From Candidatus Acidiferrum sp. (lineage in GTDB: Bacteria; Acidobacteriota; Terriglobia; Acidiferrales; UBA7541): a stretch of 64,000 bases of DNA. The notes beneath the pieces are model-generated. The model was given only the letters and a program-made list of their open reading frames with translations. It had not been told where the DNA came from and did no database searches. Both the position numbers and the translations under genes were made by a program. Shown here piece after piece: positions 1 through 8,949 of this stretch; position 1 is the stretch's first letter, and each line of letters begins with the position of its first letter. The stretch is taken from positions 2,693-66,692 of the forward strand of contig DATDNK010000342.1 in NCBI GenBank assembly GCA_036518275.1. The letters are read 5' to 3'.

Positions 1-2
1 CG

Positions 3-977
3 ACGTCATTCATCGGTCAGCAGTTGGATGAAGCGAAGGCAAAACTGGATCAGCAGGACGCAAAGTTGGCTCAATTCAAGAGGCAATATATTGGATCGCT
101 GCCAGAAGAGACTCAAGGCAATCTCACCCTCTTGACCACCCTCAACACCCAATTGGATGCAAATACTCAGGCGCTTTCTCGAGCGCAGCAAGATAAAGCA
201 TTCAATGAGAGTCTCCTAAGTCAGCAGGAAGCAAATTGGAAAAAATCACAAACAGAGCAGAACCCCGAGACGCTAGAGGAGCAACTGCGGACTCGACAAG
301 AGCAACTGGCGGTTTTAGAGTCGAGGTATACATCTGAGCATCCTGACGTAGTCAAACTGAAGAATGAAATTGCGGAGCTCAGGAAGAAGATCGAGGAATC
401 TCCAAATCCTAATGACACCCCTGCGAAATCGCGAAAACTAACTGAGCCCGTAGAGATGCAGCAACTCCGAGCAAAGATACAGGAAGCGGAGCTCAACCAT
501 CAGGAACTGCTAAAGCGGCAGACAAAGATTCAAGATCAGATTCGAGTTCTCGAGAGCCACATAGAGGCCAGCCCGATGGTGGAACAACAGTTGAAGGAAT
601 TGACGCGCAACTATCAGAGCGCGCTGGACTTCTACAACGAGCTCCTAAAGAAGCGGGACAATTCCGAGATGGCAAAAGACCTGGTTCACCAGCAAGAAGG
701 TGAGCAATTTCGCGTGCTGGATCCACCGAGCCTACCAACAAGCCCTTCATTTCCCAAAATTTTGAATTTCGCAGCAGGAGGCTTGGGAGGAGGCACCATA
801 CTTTCCCTAATTATACTGTATTTGTTAATGGCTACGGATAGGGCGCTGCACTCTGAAAGGGAGGTTGAGGCGTATTTGCAGCTTCCCGTTCTCGCCAGTG
901 TGCCATTGCTGGAATCCTTAACAGCAAGAGCCGCCGGCCCAAGATTTCTGAGGCGGTCTGCTACTGTGGGAGACTGA
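3..977 (+). CDS. Polysaccharide chain-length determinant / co-polymerase (Wzz/GumC, Wzc N-terminal part), 5'-truncated by the window edge
   Basis: Frame is open from the window start. Long coiled coil, 'YTSEHPDVVKLK', 'GEQFRVLDPPSLPTSPSFP' followed by a TM helix, and 'EVEAYLQLPVLASVP'. Lies directly upstream of the BY-kinase. Confidence 0.9.
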   Translation, partial: TSFIGQQLDEAKAKLDQQDAKLAQFKRQYIGSLPEETQGNLTLLTTLNTQLDANTQALSRAQQDKAFNESLLSQQEANWKKSQTEQNPETLEEQLRTRQEQLAVLESRYTSEHPDVVKLKNEIAELRKKIEESPNPNDTPAKSRKLTEPVEMQQLRAKIQEAELNHQELLKRQTKIQDQIRVLESHIEASPMVEQQLKELTRNYQSALDFYNELLKKRDNSEMAKDLVHQQEGEQFRVLDPPSLPTSPSFPKILNFAAGGLGGGTILSLIILYLLMATDRALHSEREVEAYLQLPVLASVPLLESLTARAAGPRFLRRSATVGD

Positions 978-1004
978 CGGGCGGATAAACATACAGAGGA
1001 GAAG

Positions 1005-1925
1005 ATGAGTCGCATCCACGAAGCGTTGAAGAAGGCTGCTGAGGAAAGGGCTGCGCAGCTTAGGACCGGAGTCGACGCCGGAGTCGCCGAGATTGTGGCC
1101 GAACCAAGCAGAAGCAGCCACGTCACGCAGCAGCCGGAGATAATCACGGCTATGCCTTTACCTCGCGCGACGATCCCCAAGAGTCAAGATGAAGGTTTTC
1201 GTTACGAGGAGCTTGTCAAGCGGTGCGCACATCCGGAGTGGCGGCCCGACCCGCTGAATAGCGTATTTCTCGGCTCGAGCACGGGCGAGGGCGGACCAGA
1301 ACGGTTTCGCACTTTGCGTTCGCGCCTGTACAAGATTGCATCCACGCGCAAGCTGAAGAGTGTTCTGATAACCAGCAGCGTGGCTGCCGAAGGGAAGAGC
1401 TTCGTTGCTTCCAATCTTGCGCAAACGATCGTGCAGCAGCCAGAACTGCGGGTCCTGTTGATTGACGCGGATTTGCGAGCGTCGCGGTTGCACCTGCTGT
1501 TCGGAGCGCCAAACTGCCCGGGGCTCTCGGACTATCTGAGGGGCGAAGCAGATGAGTACGCAGTGATCCAAAAAGGCATGAACGAAAATCTTTTTTTGAT
1601 TCCTTGCGGAAGCCCGGTATCCAATCCCAGCGAGCTGCTCCTAAGCGAAAGGATGAAGCAACTGCTCAATCTTCTCACACCGAGCTTCGATTGGATCATC
1701 ATTGACTCTCCACCAGCGTTGCCGGTTCATGACGCGAGCAATCTTGCGGACATTGTGGATGGGGTATTGCTCGTGCTCCGGGCGGGCTCGACCGATGCGG
1801 AGATTGCGGAGAGGACAGCGGCTGAGTTCAAAGATAAGAATTTACTGGGCGTGATACTCAATCAAGTGGCGAAGAGTGACTCTTACGGGGACAAATACCA
1901 GAATTACTACGGCGATCGCAGTTGA
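1005..1925 (+). CDS. CpsD/CapB-family protein tyrosine kinase (BY-kinase, stand-alone Wzc kinase domain)
   Basis: 'ERFRTLRSRL', Walker A 'SSVAAEGKS', Walker A' 'LLIDADLR', Walker B 'IIIDSPP', C-terminal Tyr cluster 'SYGDKYQNYYG'. RBS GAGGAG precedes the ATG. Confidence 0.93.
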   Translation: MSRIHEALKKAAEERAAQLRTGVDAGVAEIVAEPSRSSHVTQQPEIITAMPLPRATIPKSQDEGFRYEELVKRCAHPEWRPDPLNSVFLGSSTGEGGPERFRTLRSRLYKIASTRKLKSVLITSSVAAEGKSFVASNLAQTIVQQPELRVLLIDADLRASRLHLLFGAPNCPGLSDYLRGEADEYAVIQKGMNENLFLIPCGSPVSNPSELLLSERMKQLLNLLTPSFDWIIIDSPPALPVHDASNLADIVDGVLLVLRAGSTDAEIAERTAAEFKDKNLLGVILNQVAKSDSYGDKYQNYYGDRS

Positions 1926-2086
1926 AAATGTACTTGGCACAAATTTGCAGGCTGACAATGGCGCCTTGGGAAAAAGCGAAAACAGCCTATTGTGTTAGGG
2001 GCGGTTTGTTAAAGCATTGCCTTCTCACCTCGCGTGCGGAGAGGATTCAATTCCCTGCAAAGTAGTTTGTGATTCTATCTCCACAT

Positions 2087-2974
2087 CTAAGAAACCTTAG
2101 GCAGAACCCGTAATTTCGATTCGGCTCGCTCTAAGAGAATGAGCAGGGGCAAGAGCAAAAGCAATGCCAGCAAAAAAAACACAATGCCTCCCTGACGATG
2201 TAACCTTCCGAAAAGAAAGCCTGGGTCGACATAGACTGCAAGAAGCGTGAGTGTGGCGATGCGGATTCCATTCTTCACTATCATCATGAAGAAGCCGACG
2301 GTGACAAACAGGATTTTGTACCACAAATTGCTCAGCCGAAAATGCGCGACCAGCAGCGCCAGAATGAGCAAAGCCATGCTTGAACGAATGCCACTGCACT
2401 CCTTTGCAACTTCGATGTTGACTCTTGTGAGATGAAATACTAAGCCCTCGCGCAGTGCCGGGACTCCGGCGAGGTCAAAGAACGCTCCGGTTATCAACGC
2501 GGAGCCTTCCTGAAGAAGGGCGATGATTCGATCGAGAGCGAAGTTGGGGATGGGAACCATCAAAAGGAGGAAGAGAAGCGGGAAGGTTGCTGCCTTCCAT
2601 GCGCGTTTGCCGAACAATAAAGCAAAACCGGCCTCCCAAGTCAGTACAAGGGCCAAGACCCACCCTGAGAGTTGCAAGCCGGGCGGTGAACTGGCCGTCC
2701 CAAAACGAATGGCGAGAGACAGGCAGGCAGCCAGGAGAAGGGAAAGCCCGCCTAGCGTCTTGTCCATTGAAGCGAGGGGAAAGATTTTGTGACGGTCAAG
2801 ATAAAGAACCGCAGCGCTCAAGAACGGAATGATCACAATGTGGGAGGCATCCTCTTGCGAAAGCGACAATCGGACGAGAGCGATGACTGGCTTTATGAAC
2901 AGCAGCAAGGAGAGGACAGTCCAAGCGGACAATAACCACCACCGCTGTCTCATGGCTGCATCGAAATGACTCAT
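2087..2974 (-). CDS. Exosortase (EpsH/XrtA-like transpeptidase), no fused EpsI domain
   Basis: Multi-TM protein with 'SHIVIIPF', 'FPLLFLLLMVPIP', catalytic Cys in 'VAKECSGIRS', Arg in 'KNGIRI' and His in 'LHRQGG'. Divergent from a PEP-CTERM gene. Confidence 0.92.
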   Translation of the reverse strand: MSHFDAAMRQRWWLLSAWTVLSLLLFIKPVIALVRLSLSQEDASHIVIIPFLSAAVLYLDRHKIFPLASMDKTLGGLSLLLAACLSLAIRFGTASSPPGLQLSGWVLALVLTWEAGFALLFGKRAWKAATFPLLFLLLMVPIPNFALDRIIALLQEGSALITGAFFDLAGVPALREGLVFHLTRVNIEVAKECSGIRSSMALLILALLVAHFRLSNLWYKILFVTVGFFMMIVKNGIRIATLTLLAVYVDPGFLFGRLHRQGGIVFFLLALLLLLPLLILLERAESKLRVLPKVS

Positions 2975-3236
2975 TTCACTGACGTCAACGCTAGATTTGA
3001 TTCGCTTCCATCTCCGGAGGAGTGTATATCATTTTGGATTCGTGGAAGGTAAAAGGACGAGCGTTGTCCATTGCAGAGTAGATAACTGACAAGTAAAATG
3101 AATATATCCTTAGCAGTTGAAGGCGCTTGGGAAGCGCATCTGCATCGAGAACCTTTCAGGATGATTCTCAATTCGCCGGTCGGCATGTTTTCAAAGAGCA
3201 ACCTCGCGCAAGGATAACAAGCCGAGGCCAGAATAA

Positions 3237-3250
3237 TGCAAAACTTTTCC
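3237..3250 (+). promoter_or_regulatory. Candidate upstream activator sequence (GGNAA-N4-TTTCC type)
   Basis: TGCAAAACTTTTCC, 128 bp upstream of the -24 GG at 3365. Similar 14-mers lie upstream of four other sigma-54 promoters here. Confidence 0.4.
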
Positions 3251-3303
3251 ATAGTTCGGACGGGGGCGGCAATACCGATGATCGTAACGGATGGGACGTT
3301 TCG

Positions 3304-3328
3304 CATCACATTGAAAACAAATAGGTTA
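3304..3328 (-). promoter_or_regulatory. 25-bp IHF-like box upstream of the PEP-CTERM promoter
   Basis: Reverse complement is TAACCTATTTGTTTTCAATGTGATG. 3309-3329 is 19/21 identical to 49137-49157 and sits at the same distance from the -24 GG. Confidence 0.6.
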
Positions 3329-3363
3329 AAGAGAGGTCGGACCGCAGCTGGGTGTAGGTTGTT

Positions 3364-3379
3364 TGGAACAGCGATTGCA
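3364..3379 (+). promoter_or_regulatory. Sigma-54 (-24/-12) promoter of the PEP-CTERM gene
   Basis: TGGAACAGCGATTGCA with exact GG-N10-GC spacing, about 45 bp before the ATG at 3425. Confidence 0.8.
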
Positions 3380-3424
3380 ATGCTCATGGAGTCGTTTCGT
3401 GTATCCGCAGAGGGAGAGCGTCTA

Positions 3425-4054
3425 ATGCGAAGGTTGCTAGTGGTTCTGGGCTTACTGGCTGTGGGCTTGGTGTTCGAGGCCCCGGCCATGGGGGACAACA
3501 TCAAGCTGTCGTGTCCGGCGTGTTCGGCGGGTAGCACGTCGCTGCTCTCATCTGCCCCTGATGCCCCTATTTCCTTTAGTTTTATTGATACCTCCAGCGG
3601 AACGGTAACGGGGAGCGGATTTATTGCGATTTTGGTGCCCACGGGTAGCGCAGCTCCGACGCTGACGGGTGGCACGCTGACGCAGACCGTGTCCTTTACC
3701 AGCGGTAATCTAGGGACCCTGCTGGGTCAAAACCTTAATAATTACAATCTGTCGAACTTTCAGATGGCTAGCGCCCAAGTAGGGGTGAACGCAAGTGGTT
3801 ACACGGTGTATGTATTCTCCCTCGGCACTGTGACGCTGGGTCCGAACAGCACTGGAGTTACGGGGCTAGTGGCGAACGGCGTGGCGGCTGGCGGTGTAAT
3901 CGTTGGTTTTCTGGACGCTTCCAATGGCAACACCTACCAAACTCCGTTAAGCGCAAGCATTACGGCGGTGCCTGAGCCTGCGTCGCTCACATTGCTTGGA
4001 GCGGGTCTATTGGTCTTTGGTTTACTTGGGCGTCGCCGTTTTCTGAGTAACTGA
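3425..4054 (+). CDS. PEP-CTERM sorting-domain protein (exosortase substrate)
   Basis: Signal peptide 'MRRLLVVLGLLAVGLVFEAPAMG' after RBS AGGGAG, an S/T/G/N-rich body, and C-terminal 'VPEPASLTLLGAGLLVFGLLGRRRF'. Start moved from the ORF-track 3236 to the ATG at 3425. Confidence 0.93.
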   Translation: MRRLLVVLGLLAVGLVFEAPAMGDNIKLSCPACSAGSTSLLSSAPDAPISFSFIDTSSGTVTGSGFIAILVPTGSAAPTLTGGTLTQTVSFTSGNLGTLLGQNLNNYNLSNFQMASAQVGVNASGYTVYVFSLGTVTLGPNSTGVTGLVANGVAAGGVIVGFLDASNGNTYQTPLSASITAVPEPASLTLLGAGLLVFGLLGRRRFLSN

Positions 4055-4254
4055 TCAGCTCGGGTCGCCTACGATTCTAGCCCTTGCCACCGGCAATGGT
4101 CCCTTCGCTTGTCGGGCCCGTTGCGCCGCGCGCCACAACTGCGACGAAGTTAAATTCTTCCCTTGTTGGCCACCACGATACCTTTTGCTCGATAACCTCT
4201 TGAATTCGCCGGGTCCTACCCGGATAACCCAGCGGAAGTACGCTGGTCAATCAT

Positions 4255-4268
4255 GGCAAGACTTTTCA
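4255..4268 (+). promoter_or_regulatory. Candidate upstream activator sequence
   Basis: GGCAAGACTTTTCA, 151 bp upstream of the -24 GG at 4406. 4254-4267 is 13/14 identical to 8785-8798. Confidence 0.5.
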
Positions 4269-4334
4269 TCGTGGCGGTGATAAGGCTATTACTTGCTAGT
4301 TGACACGCTGAAATGGATATGACGTCTGTCAGGC

Positions 4335-4359
4335 TAAGGTATGTGTTGTCAAGCAAATA
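4335..4359 (+). promoter_or_regulatory. 25-bp IHF-like box
   Basis: TAAGGTATGTGTTGTCAAGCAAATA, ending 47 bp before the GG at 4406 (same offset as at 8888/8935). Confidence 0.45.
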
Positions 4360-4404
4360 CAGAATAGAGTAGGGATTGGCTGAAACCAATATCGTTTGGG
4401 AGTC

Positions 4405-4420
4405 CGGCAAGCCGATTGCG
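4405..4420 (+). promoter_or_regulatory. Sigma-54 promoter of the amino-sugar operon
   Basis: CGGCAAGCCGATTGCG (GG-N10-GC). A second, weaker candidate AGGCACACGAACTGCG lies at 4462-4477. Confidence 0.7.
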
Positions 4421-4584
4421 AGACCGATATGGTGCAAGTAGCGTCTGAAGGGCGGTAGCCTAGGCACACGAACTGCGAGCATCACGCTGCTGCAGGAAGC
4501 CTAGTTTTCGAGCATCCCCGAGTGCATCTTGTTAATTCGGAACGAATGCTAGAGTCCCCTAGCTGTGCCTTCTCGAGGTGATTG

Positions 4585-5676
4585 ATGAGTGAGCTTTTAA
4601 CTAGTCAAGTATCCACAAACATTGGACAGCAGACTCATATGCCACCGGTGTTCCCGCAAGAAGGCAAAAGGAATACGCTGCGCGTCGGCGTGATCGGTTA
4701 CGGCTACTGGGGCCCCAACATTGTGCGGAATCTACACGGGCAGAAGAACTTGCAGGCAGTGATGGTCTGTGACAAAAGTCCCGCAGCGCTTGGGCGTGTT
4801 CGGAAAGCGTATCCAGATGTGCTCACGGTTTCCGATCCCCTCGAGGTCCTTCGTTCCCCAGAGATTGATGCAGTCGCGGTAATCACTCCTGTCTGGACTC
4901 ATTATGAGTTGGCCAAGGCGGCGCTCGAACACGGGAAACACGTGTTTATTGAGAAGCCGTTTACCTCGAGTTCGGCCCAGGCGGAAGAGCTCATTGAGCT
5001 GGCAGCGCGAAAGAAATTGACGATCATGGTGGACCATACGTTCCTGTTCACCGGCGCCGTGCGCAAGATCCGCGAGCTGGCCGAGAGCGGAACACTCGGT
5101 GATCTGTATTATTACGATTCGCTGCGCGTGAATCTTGGGTTGTTCCAGCACGATGTCAGCGTGATCTGGGATCTGGCGCCGCATGACCTGTCCATCATGG
5201 ACCACATTATCAAGGCTGAACCAGAGGCTATCGTCGCGACTGGAGAGAAACACCTCAATGGAGTCGAAGACGTCGCGTACATGACACTTTATTTTCCGAA
5301 GAATATTATTGCGCACATCAACGTCAACTGGCTCTCGCCGGTGAAAATTCGGACGACTTTAATTGGCGGCCAGAAGAAAATGGTCGTGTGGAACGATCTT
5401 GTGGCCGATGAAAAGGTCCGGATATACGACAAGGGCGTTCAAATTACCTCCGGAGAGGGAATTCGCGATCTCTTGGTGAGCTATCGCAGTGGTGACATGT
5501 GGGCGCCTCAACTGGAACAACTGGAAGCGCTGCACGTGGAGTTGGACTACTTCGCCGACTGCGTTATGAACAACAAAACACCTTTCAACGACGGCCATGC
5601 GGGCCTGCGGGTTGTGCGAATGCTGGAGGCCGCTGAAGAATCCATCCAAAAGAAAGGACAGTTAATCCGCCTGTGA
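4585..5676 (+). CDS. Gfo/Idh/MocA-family oxidoreductase (WbpB/WlbA-like nucleotide-sugar 3-dehydrogenase)
   Basis: 'VGVIGYGYWGPN', 'HVFIEKP', 'WDLAPHD'. Coupled to an acetyltransferase and a DegT aminotransferase. Confidence 0.88.
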   Translation: MSELLTSQVSTNIGQQTHMPPVFPQEGKRNTLRVGVIGYGYWGPNIVRNLHGQKNLQAVMVCDKSPAALGRVRKAYPDVLTVSDPLEVLRSPEIDAVAVITPVWTHYELAKAALEHGKHVFIEKPFTSSSAQAEELIELAARKKLTIMVDHTFLFTGAVRKIRELAESGTLGDLYYYDSLRVNLGLFQHDVSVIWDLAPHDLSIMDHIIKAEPEAIVATGEKHLNGVEDVAYMTLYFPKNIIAHINVNWLSPVKIRTTLIGGQKKMVVWNDLVADEKVRIYDKGVQITSGEGIRDLLVSYRSGDMWAPQLEQLEALHVELDYFADCVMNNKTPFNDGHAGLRVVRMLEAAEESIQKKGQLIRL

Positions 5677-6170
5677 ACGAATTCTGCTCTATCGCGCCTA
5701 ACGTAAAACTCGGGCGTGAAGTCAAGCTTTCCAAATTCATCAATCTTTATGGCTGTGAAATTGGCGATGAGACGAAGATTGGCGCATTTGTTGAAATCCA
5801 GAAGAATGCAAGCGTCGGAAAACGCTGCAAAGTATCAAGTCACACCTTCGTATGCGAAGGGGTGACCATTGAAGACAACGTCTTCATCGGTCATAGCGTG
5901 ACTTTTATTAATGATTCCTACCCGCGAGCAACCACCTCGGATGGAGACCTTCAAACGGAGAAAGACTGGCGCGTCGAAACAACCCTGGTCAAGCGTGGCG
6001 CTTCGATTGGCTCCGGATCTACGATTCTTTCGAACGTGGTGATCGGCGAAAACGCCATCGTTGGCGCCGGCAGCGTTGTGACCCGCGATGTCCCTCCCAA
6101 TACGATTGTTGCTGGAAATCCTGCAAGAGTCTTACGCTCAATTACAAATCCTACCGAGGTAAACCGATGA
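5673..6170 (+). CDS. Hexapeptide-repeat N-acetyltransferase (WbpD/WlbB-like)
   Basis: Left-handed beta-helix repeats, 'FINDSYPRA', 'VGAGSVVTRDVPPNTIVAGNPARV'. GTGA overlap with the upstream gene. Confidence 0.9.
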   Translation: MNEFCSIAPNVKLGREVKLSKFINLYGCEIGDETKIGAFVEIQKNASVGKRCKVSSHTFVCEGVTIEDNVFIGHSVTFINDSYPRATTSDGDLQTEKDWRVETTLVKRGASIGSGSTILSNVVIGENAIVGAGSVVTRDVPPNTIVAGNPARVLRSITNPTEVNR

Positions 6171-7372
6171 CCCAGGACGTGAAGGTTCCCTTTGTTGATC
6201 TGGTGACTCTCCATCGAGAGCTCGAGAATGAGCTTCTGGAAGTATGCAAGAAAACGTTTGAAACGGCCGGCTTTATCGGAGGGCCGGAAGTAGTGGGATT
6301 TGAACGAGAGTTTGCGGCGTACTGTGAGACGAAGCACTGTGTTGGTGTCAGCAGCGGCACCGATGCGCTTCGCTTTGCGCTGATGGGCGCGGGTGTGCAG
6401 TCGGGCGACATTGTAGTGACTGTCCCCAATTCGTTCATTGCAACCACGGAGGCCATTTCTCAGGCCGGAGCCCGGCCCGAATTTGTCGATATCGACCGGC
6501 GCACCTACACCATGGATCCGGAAAAGCTGCGCGAGTACCTGGAGGTTTGGTGCGTGCTCGACCAAAGCACTGGCCGCTATGTCCACAAGAAGCTGGGGAG
6601 GCCGGTCACCGCGGTTGTCCCGGTCCACCTGTACGGCCAAACTGCCGACATGGACCCGATCTTGGATCTTGCGGCGCGCTACGGACTGGCTGTGATTGAA
6701 GATGCCTGCCAGGCGCACGGTGCCCAGTATTTCTCCAGGAAACAGAACCGCTGGCTGAAGGCGGGTTCGATCGGCCGGGCCGCAGCCTTCAGTTTTTACC
6801 CTGGAAAGAATCTGGGTGCCTGTGGCGAAGGCGGTGCAATCACCACAAATGAGGAATCCCTCGCACGCAAAGCCGCAATGTTGCGAGATCACGGGCAGTC
6901 CAAGAAGTATTATCACGACATCGAGGGCTACAATGGCCGGCTGGATTCCTTGCAGGCGGGAATTCTGCGCATCAAACTTCGCCATCTCTTGCGGTGGAAC
7001 GAGCAGCGCCGAGCAGCGGCCCGCACTTACGATGAACTCCTGGCACCGCTAGAAGGCAGTGTTGCCCGCCCCGCTGAGGCCAGCACTGCAAAGTCCGTCT
7101 ACCATCTCTATGTTGTGCGGACGCAATTCCGGGATGAGCTGCAGAAGCATCTGAACGCTGCCGGGATCGGCACTGGAATTCACTACCCTATCCCTATTCA
7201 TTTGCAGGCTGCTTATGCGTCCATGGGATGGAAGAGCGGTGATTTCCCGGAAACGGAAGCAGCGGCCAATGAGATCTTGTCTCTCCCGATGTTTGCAGGA
7301 CTGACCGCGGACCAACAAAGGCGAGTGACGGAAGCTATTTCCCAGTTTGCTGTCTCAACTATGGTGAGATAA
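6167..7372 (+). CDS. DegT/DnrJ/EryC1/StrS aminotransferase (WbpE/WlbC-like)
   Basis: 'VSSGTDAL', 'PVHLYGQ', 'IEDACQAHGA', PLP lysine in 'FSFYPGKNLG', 'GYNGRLD'. Confidence 0.95.
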   Translation: MTQDVKVPFVDLVTLHRELENELLEVCKKTFETAGFIGGPEVVGFEREFAAYCETKHCVGVSSGTDALRFALMGAGVQSGDIVVTVPNSFIATTEAISQAGARPEFVDIDRRTYTMDPEKLREYLEVWCVLDQSTGRYVHKKLGRPVTAVVPVHLYGQTADMDPILDLAARYGLAVIEDACQAHGAQYFSRKQNRWLKAGSIGRAAAFSFYPGKNLGACGEGGAITTNEESLARKAAMLRDHGQSKKYYHDIEGYNGRLDSLQAGILRIKLRHLLRWNEQRRAAARTYDELLAPLEGSVARPAEASTAKSVYHLYVVRTQFRDELQKHLNAAGIGTGIHYPIPIHLQAAYASMGWKSGDFPETEAAANEILSLPMFAGLTADQQRRVTEAISQFAVSTMVR

Positions 7373-7509
7373 GGCTTCCCAGCAGGAACACCCGAAGCGA
7401 CAAACAGGAGTGCGGACGCCAAGGTGTCTGCGGCGTCCGGAATCAGGAGTTCTCGGGTGAGCTGGCCCCACATTTCTGCATTCCAGCTTCATTTAAAACG
7501 CTAATAAGA

Positions 7510-8715
7510 ATGCCCCATCCGGGAGCATCCCTCGAACCTACTTCCCCTACGAGTGTGTTGGACGACATGCCGACGGCTAAGTGTAGCTCACCACTGGAAA
7601 TTCCCGCGCTAAATGCGCTGGCATTGTGTTCGCTTGTTTCACTGCTTGACGAAAAAGCGGGACTTTTTTCGCGATCCCTTACTCTGAGACAGAACGGTTT
7701 CCAGCGCGAGGCGACTTCGCCGAGGCGGACAATCATTGCACTATTAGGATTACATCGCTTGAAATCGTCCGGGGAAACTCTGCCTTTCGATGTGTTTTCC
7801 ATTTGCGAGGCCCTGTTGGGAGACACGACGTGGGTGAAAAGTCTGGGGGACCTCGGCCTTCTAACTTGGTTCACGGCAGAATGCGAACCCGACAGACTCA
7901 GAAATCTGTTTACTGAATTCAATTTTGCAGGCGCAATTGACAAGTATTGGGACGGTCGCCAGGCACAAACAGTGGGACTTGCCTGGTTTTTGGCCGGGAT
8001 AGCACATGCGCGACTCACAGATCCTCAAGCAGTTCCAGATCTGATTGATGTTGCCGTAAATGCCTATCGCCGTCTTGAAGGCAACCAAGGCGAAAGCGGA
8101 ATCTTCGGGCACGCCGCACTTCCAGGATTTCTGCAGCGAACGTTTTGCAGGCGGTTTGGAACGTTTAGCGATCAAATCTACTCTATTTACGCCCTCGTGG
8201 CCTTTGCGAGAGCGTTCCAAGTTGAAGAGCCGCTGGAGTCTGCTCTCAATTGCGGGAATGCGGTCCGCGCGCTCCAAGGAGAATTAGGGCAATGGTGGTT
8301 CCTCTACGATAAGGCAACATGCCGCGTTGTGAATCGATACCCTGTCCTTTCTTTGCATCAGACCGGTACGGCGCCGGTTGGACTGCTTGCCCTCGGAGAA
8401 GCCACAGGTCAAGGCTTTAACGAATCGATCTGCAAGGGATTGTCGTGGATTATGGGGGCAAATGAACTTGGGCATGATCTTCGACGCCCGAATCGAGGGT
8501 TAATTTCAGGGTCCATTCGTCTTCGAGAGAGGGCGCCCAATTATTGGGAGGCTGGGCTCAGCCTTATGAACATTTACCGCAGGCGGTGGTCAGACCCACT
8601 GACGATCGAATACGAAGTCAGGCCCGATCAATTAGGTTGGTTTCTTTACGCGTTCGGGAGGTCTGGCCTTCCGAAGGCAATTGTTAGTGCCCAGGCCCAG
8701 TCATCAGCAGGATAG
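7510..8715 (+). CDS. Hypothetical protein, probable (alpha/alpha)-toroid glycan-associated fold
   Basis: 401-aa ORF in operon orientation with helical repeats ('FSDQIYSIYAL', 'LQGELGQWWFLYD', 'KGLSWIMGANELG'). The fold call is inference. Confidence 0.65.
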   Translation: MPHPGASLEPTSPTSVLDDMPTAKCSSPLEIPALNALALCSLVSLLDEKAGLFSRSLTLRQNGFQREATSPRRTIIALLGLHRLKSSGETLPFDVFSICEALLGDTTWVKSLGDLGLLTWFTAECEPDRLRNLFTEFNFAGAIDKYWDGRQAQTVGLAWFLAGIAHARLTDPQAVPDLIDVAVNAYRRLEGNQGESGIFGHAALPGFLQRTFCRRFGTFSDQIYSIYALVAFARAFQVEEPLESALNCGNAVRALQGELGQWWFLYDKATCRVVNRYPVLSLHQTGTAPVGLLALGEATGQGFNESICKGLSWIMGANELGHDLRRPNRGLISGSIRLRERAPNYWEAGLSLMNIYRRRWSDPLTIEYEVRPDQLGWFLYAFGRSGLPKAIVSAQAQSSAG

Positions 8716-8785
8716 GCGGTAAGGCTCCGGCAAGGCAGAATAAACCAGTCCGAGGTGGCTCCAGGGAAGGCGCCTAGCAATTGGT

Positions 8786-8799
8786 GGTAAGACTTTTCC
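8786..8799 (+). promoter_or_regulatory. Candidate upstream activator sequence
   Basis: GGTAAGACTTTTCC, a pseudo-palindrome 149 bp upstream of the GG at 8935. Confidence 0.5.
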
Positions 8800-8863
8800 C
8801 TCCCTCCCTTTGCGATCCAAGCTCTCTCTCTATTCGGAGATCGTGAGTCTCCCTCTTTCGAGG

Positions 8864-8888
8864 TAAGCTGCCTACTTTCAGCACATTA
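8864..8888 (+). promoter_or_regulatory. 25-bp IHF-like box
   Basis: TAAGCTGCCTACTTTCAGCACATTA, 19/25 identical to 63744-63768, ending 47 bp before the GG at 8935. Confidence 0.55.
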
Positions 8889-8933
8889 GGAGGGTGTTTA
8901 TCCGTTTATTGTTCTACGAGCCTTCAGTGGGTC

Positions 8934-8949
8934 TGGCCGTACGATTGCG
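8934..8949 (+). promoter_or_regulatory. Sigma-54 promoter of the main biosynthetic operon
   Basis: TGGCCGTACGATTGCG (GG-N10-GC) in the 8716-9201 intergenic gap. Confidence 0.75.

Noticed and set aside
1935-1949. TGGCACAAATTTGCA, a sigma-54-like element
   Set aside because: Spacing is GG-N9-GC, and it points into the 3' end of the convergent exosortase gene.
2971-3675. 234-aa minus-strand ORF overlapping the exosortase start
   Set aside because: Runs antisense through the PEP-CTERM gene and its promoter, and has no protein-like motifs.
5951-6985. 344-aa minus-strand ORF
   Set aside because: Antisense shadow of the well-supported acetyltransferase and DegT genes, with no motifs.
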